Shown: one piece after another, positions 27,054 through 33,225 of the stretch
Layout: the number at the start of each line of letters is the position of its first letter
Numbering within the stretch: position 1 is the first letter of the stretch
DNA from: an uncultured Clostridia bacterium
Lineage (GTDB): Bacteria; Bacillota; Clostridia; Christensenellales; DTU072
Direction of reading: 5' to 3'
Assembly (NCBI GenBank): GCA_944371785.1
Contig: CALVXZ010000001.1
Location: forward strand, 17,210-81,209
DNA: 64,000 bases
Translations under genes and position numbers: made by a program
The notes under the pieces: generated by a model
What the model was told of the DNA's origin: nothing
Databases searched by the model: none
What the model saw: only the letters and a program-made list of their open reading frames with translations

Positions 27054-27092
27054 ACTATAATTTGGTAAATATATTGTAAATTAATCGTAAAT
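27054..27092 (-). promoter_or_regulatory. Promoter/operator of the SARP gene: -10 TATAGT preceded by three 11-bp-phased ATTTAC direct repeats
   Basis: Plus-strand GTAAAT occurs at 27065-27070, 27076-27081 and 27087-27092. The minus strand reads ATTTAC-N5-ATTTAC-N5-ATTTAC-caaat-TATAGT (27059-27054), followed 29 nt later by the ATG, with an AGGAGA RBS. Confidence 0.45.
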
Positions 27093-27263
27093 AAAAGTCA
27101 AGTGAATTCTCAGTGAACGTTGACGTTTTAATGAAAAATTCGACTAAGCACGCGCTATATTCGTTAGTAGCTTTGTTTTTATTGTGTTTTTTTCGGTAAA
27201 ACTTTTTCGTCTTAAACCGCTCACATTGCCGCCTTCTGCCGAATATATTGAGTCGAGGTGACA

Positions 27264-27512
27264 ATGAATATAAACGATTATATCCGCAAAAAAAGCCGAA
27301 ACAACCTCTCGCCCGAAGAAGCCGTCAAAAAATACGCCGCAATGGACGAACAGAGCCTGATGTCGGAGCTTTTCAAGACGGCGGCGGAAGGCAGAGCGTC
27401 GGGAGAACTCACCGACGAGGTCATAGACAATTTCTATACGACGGTGGCTCCGATGCTTTCCCCGGAACAATCCGAACGTATGCGCGAACTCATCCGCGAA
27501 CTAAAAAAATAG
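27264..27512 (+). CDS. Small charged helical protein of unknown function (82 aa)
   Basis: MNINDYIRKKSRNNLSPEEAVKKYAAMDEQSLMSELFKTAAEGRASGELTDEVIDNFYTTVAPMLSPEQSERMRELIRELKK. GAGGTG lies just upstream of the ATG at 27264. The ORF track start at 27258 is GTG. Its stop is 3 nt before the next ATG. Confidence 0.6.
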   Translation: MNINDYIRKKSRNNLSPEEAVKKYAAMDEQSLMSELFKTAAEGRASGELTDEVIDNFYTTVAPMLSPEQSERMRELIRELKK

Positions 27513-27515
27513 GTT

Positions 27516-27920
27516 ATGGATATTTCATCTCTGTTACCGCTGCTATTGATGCAAAACGGGTTGTTTTCGGGAAAGGATTCGTCGGGCGGAATGAACGCCG
27601 CGGACCTGATGCGACTTTTCGGGGCAATGAACGGCGGATCTAAAAATCCGTTTTCCGAAATGTTCGGAAACGCCGCTAACTTCGGATCGGGGACTTCGCC
27701 GTTTGCCAATATGTTCGGCAACAATCCGTTTTCGGGGGCATTCGGCAAAAACTCCGGATCCGCGGAACGGAATAACGGCGGATTCGGTAAAAGCGCCTAC
27801 CGCGCCGAAGAAAACCGCGGATATTCGTACAACAAGGACAACCCTTCGAAAGACAATCTGAACGCGATGTTCCCCGAAGAATTGTTGAAAATGCTGCGCA
27901 ACTTAAACCGCGGAAGATAG
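27516..27920 (+). CDS. FG/Asn/Gly-rich low-complexity protein of unknown function (134 aa)
   Basis: Hydrophobic N-terminus MDISSLLPLLLMQNGLF, then repeated xFGx units (LFGA, MFGN, NFGS, MFGN, AFGK, GFGK), then a basic C-terminus. Translationally coupled to the 82-aa ORF. Confidence 0.55.
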   Translation: MDISSLLPLLLMQNGLFSGKDSSGGMNAADLMRLFGAMNGGSKNPFSEMFGNAANFGSGTSPFANMFGNNPFSGAFGKNSGSAERNNGGFGKSAYRAEENRGYSYNKDNPSKDNLNAMFPEELLKMLRNLNRGR

Positions 27921-27940
27921 AAAATATAAGTGCCGAAAAC

Positions 27941-27960
27941 AAAAAAAGCGCCCTGAGCGC
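27941..27960 (-). terminator. Intrinsic terminator of the candidate sRNA
   Basis: Minus strand reads GCGCU-CAG-GGCGC followed by UUUUUUU. Confidence 0.6.
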
Positions 27961-28135
27961 GACCGATCCGTGGGACTAAGTAATAACAAACCCGCGTATG
28001 TGCAGGTGGGCGAACTGTCGCTCCCTTTTGTCTTCCCCTGGCGTCGGACAAAGTCCGGGGGGCTTGACATTATGAGCCGAACGCGTAAGCCCTTTTGGAT
28101 GTTAGGGTTCCACACGCTTAGCCCCACATCTCGGC
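27941..28135 (-). ncRNA. Candidate ~195-nt structured small RNA (class unassigned; 6S-like size and closing helix)
   Basis: Predicted +1 G at 28135, 7 nt after a TATAAT box. The 5' segment GUGGGGCUAAG (28127-28117) pairs with CUUAGUCCCAC (27980-27970). An outer GCCGA/UCGGU helix also forms. Each helix contains a G.U pair that would be an A.C mismatch on the plus strand. Internal hairpin CGGAC-UUU-GUCCG (28057-28045). Ends in a GC hairpin plus U7. Confidence 0.6.
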
Positions 28136-28141
28136 AAAATT

Positions 28142-28170
28142 ATTATAGCACATATCTTTTTAATTGTAAA
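28142..28170 (-). promoter_or_regulatory. Near-consensus sigma-A promoter of the candidate sRNA
   Basis: Minus strand: TTTACA (28170-28165), a 17-nt spacer ending in TGc (extended -10), then TATAAT (28147-28142). Confidence 0.65.
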
Positions 28171-28184
28171 TACCCAATTTTTCG

Positions 28185-28204
28185 GGCGCGGAAACCGCCT
28201 TTTT
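28185..28204 (+). terminator. Weak plus-strand terminator-like hairpin beyond the sRNA gene
   Basis: GGCG-CGGAAAC-CGCC followed by TTTTT. The only plus-strand transcripts that could reach it come from the small-ORF pair. Confidence 0.35.
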
Positions 28205-28244
28205 CAGCCAAGGCAAAACATAAAAACCCGTTTAAGCCAAAGCG

Positions 28245-29471
28245 TTATTTTACGTCTTTGTCCGTTTCCGGCGCGTCCTCGGATTTATCGTAATCGCCGG
28301 ATTTATCGGAGTCTTCGGTTCCGACTTTTTCCGCGTCGAGATTTTCGGTCTTTTCGCCGTTCTCGTCAATCTGCAGAGAATTGTCGGACGCAGCCGTTTT
28401 GTCGGCTTTTATGAATGGATACAGACGGGTCATTTTTTTATTCGTTATCTTCTTTTTATAGACCGCTATTCCCGCCGAAAGGTAAGCCGCGATAATCAAC
28501 GCCGCGACGCATCCGATCGCGATTCCTGCGATTTCGCCTCCCGAAAGCTGTTTTTCGGGTGCCGCAACTATCGTAATTACAGCCGTCATCGATTCCGGCG
28601 CGTTATGGTTTCCGTCGGGCAGGAACGTCGCGGTGACGGTATGGCTCCCGACTTCCACGGCGTCGTTACCGGAATAAATCACCTGCAATCCTTCCGGAAC
28701 GCTGCCTGAAACGAAGATCGATTTAGCATTGCCGTCATAGGTAAATTCCGCGTCGGAAAAGATCACGCCGCTCATATCGTAATCTACCTTTTCGATGATC
28801 AGTTTGCAGGTTATGTTCAGATCGAAATAATTCGGATCGTCGATGTCGAACAACAGACGGATAAAGTTTTCCCCCGCGGGATAAACCGTGTCGCCGGGAA
28901 ATGTCGGGGCTACTGTCAGATACCCGTTTTCGAATTCCGGCAGCGGCGTCCTGTCGATAATCTGTTGCAGAGTTTCGCCGTATACTCCGGTAAACATAAA
29001 TCCGCTCAGCCCCGGAAAGCCGCCGTACGCGCGGTAAATTTTATAATCGGCGGTGACCGTCGTTTCGGGAACGCCCCCTATTTCGGGAATGGTAACGTAA
29101 ATAACGTAGTCCCCCGCGTTTTCGGGAAGCCCCGGCTGAATATCGCCGGCAACTCCGTCCGTAACGGGCGCGAAGGCAAACGACATCGAAGAATAATCCG
29201 TTTTGTTTCCGGAAAAATCGGTTATGACGAAATCCACGCCCGGTTCTATGGGTTCGCCGTCGTAATAGGGTTCTGTCAAAGGATCGAAATTTTCCGTCGG
29301 CAGAGAAAACACATAATCCGTTTCGTCCGCGGCGGCGTTACCTGCCGGCGTGCGCGGCGGGGCGAAAGCCGCAAACAACGCAAGCGCCGACAAGATCAAA
29401 ATCAAAGACGCGACCGCCGAAAAAACGGCGATCGCCCTTACGGATTCAGATTTCCGAACGTAACCGCGCAT
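28245..29471 (-). CDS. Surface protein with an MBG/Ig-like repeat region, an N-terminal signal anchor and a C-terminal TM plus acidic tail
   Basis: 408 aa. N-terminal anchor AIAVFSAVASLILILSALALFAAFA. YDGNAKSIFVSGSVPEGLQVIYSGNDAVEVGSHTVTATF is an MBG-type motif. C-terminal TM segment IAGIAIGCVAALIIAAYLSAGIAVY, then an Asp/Glu/Lys tail. Confidence 0.8.
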   Translation of the reverse strand: MRGYVRKSESVRAIAVFSAVASLILILSALALFAAFAPPRTPAGNAAADETDYVFSLPTENFDPLTEPYYDGEPIEPGVDFVITDFSGNKTDYSSMSFAFAPVTDGVAGDIQPGLPENAGDYVIYVTIPEIGGVPETTVTADYKIYRAYGGFPGLSGFMFTGVYGETLQQIIDRTPLPEFENGYLTVAPTFPGDTVYPAGENFIRLLFDIDDPNYFDLNITCKLIIEKVDYDMSGVIFSDAEFTYDGNAKSIFVSGSVPEGLQVIYSGNDAVEVGSHTVTATFLPDGNHNAPESMTAVITIVAAPEKQLSGGEIAGIAIGCVAALIIAAYLSAGIAVYKKKITNKKMTRLYPFIKADKTAASDNSLQIDENGEKTENLDAEKVGTEDSDKSGDYDKSEDAPETDKDVK

Positions 29472-29486
29472 TCTTGGATCAGTTTG

Positions 29487-31124
29487 CTACAGCGAGAAAT
29501 TCAAAGTCTTTCTTTCGCCGTTTTCGATATATTTTACGGTAAAGTAATTGTTGTCAGAGCGTTCGGCGGAGATTATCATCGCGTTGGATTTTTCAAAAGT
29601 ATCCGTCAGCAGTTTCAATTGTTCTTCGTTGAACGTGCCCACGTCGTCGGAGACGAACAATACGTTTCCGAACAGATGGTTGATCTTTGCCAGAAGCTGT
29701 TTCTGTTCCTTCGTGAAGCGCAGGTTGTAATCCCTTACAAAGAACACGTCGGGATCGTTGCAGAACGCTCTGCCGTCCAAGTGACGTCTGAAGACGGTGG
29801 ATATCATCGCGTTCTTGGCGGAAGGGATCTCGTTGGTCAGGTTGATACGGTTGTGGAATCTGTCTTTGAAGCTTAAAGCGACGTCACAGCTTATCCTGCA
29901 GGCGTCGACTATTCCGAAAGCCGATCCCAAAGGCACGCCGCAACCCAATAAAAGCTTGTCGCCCACGCATTCGCGTAAGAATTCCATAGCGTCCGCCATA
30001 ATCTTTCCGCGCGTCAGTCCGTTTCTGGGGAACATACACTGCGAATACAGGAAGTCCAATTTGACCATATCGTAGCCCCATTCGTTCAATATCACGTTAA
30101 AGAAGTTGCGGATGTGTTCCCTGACTTCCTCGTTGTAGATATCCAACGTATAGGCTCCGCCCCAGCCCGGGCAGCCCAGAACGGGTTTGCCGGCGGCGTC
30201 TTTTATCAGCCAATCGGGGTGTTCGTTAGCGGTACGCGAAACGCGCTGTACGTTGAAGGGAGCCAACCATATCCCCGCCAAAAAGCCTTTTTCGTGGATG
30301 CTGTCGGCAATAAATTTCATACCGCGCGGGAATTTTTCCGAAGGATCCAGCCAATCCCCTACGAAAGTTTCGTACCCGTCGTCCACCTGGAACACGTTCA
30401 CGGAATCGGAAACTTTGGAAATTCCTTCGAGGTCGCGCAAAATAATCTTTTCGTCGATCTTTTGGAAATAGTTATACCAGCTGGTATACCCTGCCATATG
30501 ATCTATCCTGGGCTTCGGTACGCCCATTCTGCGGAAATATTCTTCGAAGACTTCGTCGTATTTGCCTTTGATACGCACCACGTTCATCAGCTCGTAGGAC
30601 GTTCCGGACGGCACTTCCGCGCCGGCAACGTCCTTGGTAATGACGAAACTGCCTTCGTCCATTCCGACGTAAAACACCGTAAAGCCGCTGCTTTCGTTCA
30701 AGGAACCGTATAGCTCCACGTCGTCTTCCAACCTGAAATAACAGTATGTAAAAGAATGAAAATTACCGCGCTTGGAGGAATACTTCGTAAAGTTGTAGTC
30801 CCCTGCCGGAGTAGCCAGCTTTCTGCCTATCGGCAGCAACCTGACAATGGCGGGTAAACCTTTTTGTTTGTCGTCGGCGGTGTATTCCGCCGAAGTCGTC
30901 CACGATTGGTAACCGTTCGAGAAAAAACGTTCCTCGTTGACGCACTTGCGGTTATAACTCAACGAAAAAGATATCAATTCCAGCTTCTCTTTCGGAGTAA
31001 TGACCGTTTTTATACCGCTTTCGTCGGCTTTTTCCTCTATGACGTAATGTTCGTTCTGGTATAAATCGTCCTCGTAGATCCTGCCTCCGAAACGGTATTT
31101 GATGTGCATTCTTTTTTCTTTCAT
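29487..31124 (-). CDS. Clan GH-D glycoside hydrolase (GH36-like alpha-galactosidase)
   Basis: 545 aa. FQVDDGYETFVGDW, GFLAGIWLAPF and YDMVKLDFLY (K-x-D nucleophile context). No signal peptide. Confidence 0.75.
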   Translation of the reverse strand: MKEKRMHIKYRFGGRIYEDDLYQNEHYVIEEKADESGIKTVITPKEKLELISFSLSYNRKCVNEERFFSNGYQSWTTSAEYTADDKQKGLPAIVRLLPIGRKLATPAGDYNFTKYSSKRGNFHSFTYCYFRLEDDVELYGSLNESSGFTVFYVGMDEGSFVITKDVAGAEVPSGTSYELMNVVRIKGKYDEVFEEYFRRMGVPKPRIDHMAGYTSWYNYFQKIDEKIILRDLEGISKVSDSVNVFQVDDGYETFVGDWLDPSEKFPRGMKFIADSIHEKGFLAGIWLAPFNVQRVSRTANEHPDWLIKDAAGKPVLGCPGWGGAYTLDIYNEEVREHIRNFFNVILNEWGYDMVKLDFLYSQCMFPRNGLTRGKIMADAMEFLRECVGDKLLLGCGVPLGSAFGIVDACRISCDVALSFKDRFHNRINLTNEIPSAKNAMISTVFRRHLDGRAFCNDPDVFFVRDYNLRFTKEQKQLLAKINHLFGNVLFVSDDVGTFNEEQLKLLTDTFEKSNAMIISAERSDNNYFTVKYIENGERKTLNFSL

Positions 31125-31174
31125 GTTTCCTCCTGTGCGCTTCGCCCGACGCTTATATCGGCTAATCTTAAATA

Positions 31175-31203
31175 ATTATAATATATAAAACGCCGAATTT
31201 CAA
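31175..31203 (-). promoter_or_regulatory. Sigma-A-type promoter for the GH36-like/MBG operon
   Basis: Minus strand: TTGAAA (31203-31198), a 17-nt spacer, then TATAAT (31180-31175). Confidence 0.55.
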
Positions 31204-31357
31204 TAAACAATTTAAAAAAATGCGGTCAAGCATAACAAACGGTTGCCTTTTACCGTTGACGACCGCCGCGCACCGCCGTTACGGAAAAGAAAATCAACCT
31301 CCGCAAGCGGCTTTCGGTAATATCCGCGTCGGCTGCGGAATAATCATTACGGTGAAT

Positions 31358-32206
31358 ATGTCTGTCAGAATTCATCCGGCTTTCTGGGCGGCTGCCGCCG
31401 TAATGTGTCTTACGGGGAATCTGCCCGCGCTTGCGGCGGCGCTTGCAATAGTGCTGATCCACGAACTTGCGCACGCGGGAGCCGCTTACGAACGCGGATT
31501 CGTAATGAACAAGATAACTTTGATGCCTTACGGCGCAGTATTGTCGGGTGAAGAAAACATTCCCGAAAAAGACGCTTTTCTGATCGCCGCGGCAGGTCCC
31601 CTTTCAAACGCCGCTATATGCCTGATCCTTTGGGCGGTATGGTGGCGTTTTCCTGCGGTTTACCCTTATACCAAGGTTCTGTTCGACGTCAGCTTTGCAA
31701 TAGGAGTTTTTAACATCCTTCCGTTTTATCCCCTGGACGGGGCGAGAATGCTGTTGGCGGTTTCCAAAAATAAACTGCGCGCGCTGAAAATATTAAAAAT
31801 TTTCGGAGTGGCAGGTTCATTTCTGATGCTGGCGTGGTTTGCGGCTTCGGCTTTTCATTCGCTGAATCTTGCGCCGGCGATAATGGCTGTTCCCCTGTTC
31901 CTGGGCGCCGTAGGCGGCACCGAAAAGGAACGCTACAGGCATATTTACGAATGTATTTCGGAGGGAAAAGTCAAAAACGCGCCGTTGGAAAACAAAACGG
32001 ACACCGTGTATTGGGGGCTTAAATTGAGGACGCTTTTGAAAAGGCTGAACCGAAACTGCCTGCGCTCCTTTGTGGTTGTGGACGACGATATGAAAACGGT
32101 CAAAAAACTTTCGGAAAAGGATTTTCTGAAGCTTCTGGAAAGAAACTCCGTAAGCGCGACGCTTAAAGAAGCTTTAGAGTTTTCAGACGCGCCGCGTCCA
32201 AAGTGA
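31358..32206 (+). CDS. M50 site-2 metalloprotease, SpoIVFB-like, with a CBS-like C-terminus
   Basis: The ATG at 31358 gives MSVRIHPAFWAAAAVMCLTGNLPALAAALAIVLIHELAHA (HExxH). NILPFYPLDGARML is the S2P NxxPxxxLDG motif. The upstream 46 aa of the ORF track are ignored. Confidence 0.8.
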   Translation: MSVRIHPAFWAAAAVMCLTGNLPALAAALAIVLIHELAHAGAAYERGFVMNKITLMPYGAVLSGEENIPEKDAFLIAAAGPLSNAAICLILWAVWWRFPAVYPYTKVLFDVSFAIGVFNILPFYPLDGARMLLAVSKNKLRALKILKIFGVAGSFLMLAWFAASAFHSLNLAPAIMAVPLFLGAVGGTEKERYRHIYECISEGKVKNAPLENKTDTVYWGLKLRTLLKRLNRNCLRSFVVVDDDMKTVKKLSEKDFLKLLERNSVSATLKEALEFSDAPRPK

Positions 32207-32390
32207 TCTCTATATAATAATTCCTTCCGGACGGCGTTATTTTCAGATTAAGATCGCCTGCGCCGTATTCGAACCAACCTCCCAACACCCTGTCTACGTC
32301 GTTAAGAAGCGATTTTCCGAAACCTTCGGGCAGTCTGTCGCTGCGGTTCAGCGCCTCCGCCATACGCCTTTCGGGGTCTGATTGTTTCAT
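32163..32390 (-). CDS. minE: MinE-like topological specificity factor, N-terminally short
   Basis: 75 aa. A GGAGG RBS inside the minD 3' end lies 7 nt before the ATG. ERRMAEALNRSDR resembles the MinE contact helix (xERLxxxLxxDR). The C-terminus DVDRVLGGWFEY..LNLKITPSGRNYYIEITL resembles the MinE beta-alpha fold pattern. Starts 2 nt after the minD stop. Confidence 0.55.
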   Translation of the reverse strand: MKQSDPERRMAEALNRSDRLPEGFGKSLLNDVDRVLGGWFEYGAGDLNLKITPSGRNYYIEITLDAARLKTLKLL

Positions 32391-32392
32391 TG

Positions 32393-33145
32393 TTATTTCC
32401 TCCCGAACAAAAAGAATCTTTTCCGTTCGCTGACGCGGTAGCCTTCTTTATCTGAATCTATCGCTTCCGCCAAACGGATATACGCTTTTCTGGATTCGCT
32501 GCGCGGAGCCGAAAGCGAATTAATGCCGATCTCGTCGGATTCGGGCAATTCTCCCAATAGTTTCAGCCTCATCAGCCCCGCAATCGCGTCGCCGGATACG
32601 GCTTCGCCCTTCTGAACGCGTTCGGGAATTACCCTGTTCACTACCAATCCGCAAACGTCAACGTCGTAAACGCCCAAAGCCTCCAAGGTCCTGTCGGCGT
32701 CCTTTACCGCGCTGAGATGCGGAGTAGTCACTATAACGACTTCCTTCGCCGCGGAAACCGCGCGGTGAAAACCCTGTTCGACTCCGGCAGGAGCGTCTAT
32801 CAGCACATAATCCGCCGTTTTTGCGTAAATAGCCGTGATCGCCTGAAAAGCCGCCGCTTTTATACCCTCACTGCCTTTCACGGACGGCAGTAGCCCCACC
32901 CCGGGGAAATCCTGCGATCCTATCAGAGCTTCCTCCGGTAAAGCCCTGCCGGATATAACGTCGAACACGTCGTAAACGACCCTGTCTTCCAACCCCAAAG
33001 CGATATCCAGATTGTTCAATCCGACGTCGGCGTCGATCAGAGTCACTTTATAGCCCATTCCCCCCAAAATAATGCCTAAATTGGCGGTAACGGTTGTCTT
33101 TCCCACGCCGCCTTTACCGGATACGACGGCAATGATTCTTGCCAT
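32393..33145 (-). CDS. minD: Septum site-determining ATPase MinD
   Basis: 250 aa. Deviant Walker A SGKGGVGKTT and a C-terminal amphipathic KRFFLFGRK. Confidence 0.9.
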   Translation of the reverse strand: MARIIAVVSGKGGVGKTTVTANLGIILGGMGYKVTLIDADVGLNNLDIALGLEDRVVYDVFDVISGRALPEEALIGSQDFPGVGLLPSVKGSEGIKAAAFQAITAIYAKTADYVLIDAPAGVEQGFHRAVSAAKEVVIVTTPHLSAVKDADRTLEALGVYDVDVCGLVVNRVIPERVQKGEAVSGDAIAGLMRLKLLGELPESDEIGINSLSAPRSESRKAYIRLAEAIDSDKEGYRVSERKRFFLFGRK

Positions 33146-33225
33146 AAAAAATCACCTCTACCGATGATAGCATCCGTGAAAGAGGTGATTTTGAAAGTTT
33201 TTGTCGAATTCGGACTACTTCCGAT

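Noticed and set aside
28046-28060. A plus-strand GGACAAAGUCCGGGG motif resembling the RNase P RNA P4 sequence (GGAAAGUCCGG).
   Set aside because: The available non-coding space (~325 nt, with a structured core of ~170 nt) is too small. The 3' P4 partner (ACAnAAnnCGGCUUA-like) is absent. The promoter, the terminator and the G.U pairs all indicate the opposite strand. On the minus strand the motif is simply a CGGAC-UUU-GUCCG hairpin.
27903-28127. A 74-aa minus-strand ORF inside the candidate sRNA. Also 27970-28293 (plus strand, 107 aa) and 27797-28051 (minus strand, 84 aa).
   Set aside because: The 74-aa ORF has a GTG start 8 nt from the predicted +1 with no RBS, and it reads straight through the intrinsic terminator hairpin and U tract. 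The other two have no RBS and cross the promoter or terminator elements. The region is better explained as a structured RNA.
27941-28135. SRP (4.5S/scRNA) or tmRNA identity for the candidate sRNA.
   Set aside because: There is no GGAA-tetraloop helix 8 and no AGCAGC-type symmetric-loop motif on either strand. There is no tRNA-like end (GGUUCGA...CCA context) and no tag-peptide reading frame. The GCUAAG/CUUAG closing helix alone is not diagnostic.
28165-28171. An ATTTAC hexamer, the same as the SARP-operator repeat and in the same orientation, overlapping the -35 of the sRNA promoter. This could be a SARP site.
   Set aside because: There is only one copy. The positions 11 bp upstream read AAAAAT, so there is no phased repeat. 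ATTTACA is expected by chance wherever a TTTACA -35 occurs. I mention it only as something to check in a regulon search.
31300-31357. A possible sigma-E-type sporulation promoter (GTAATAT ...15 nt... AATAATCAT) upstream of the SpoIVFB-like gene.
   Set aside because: The match to the sigma-E consensus (ATATT / CATACA-T) is too loose to support by eye.
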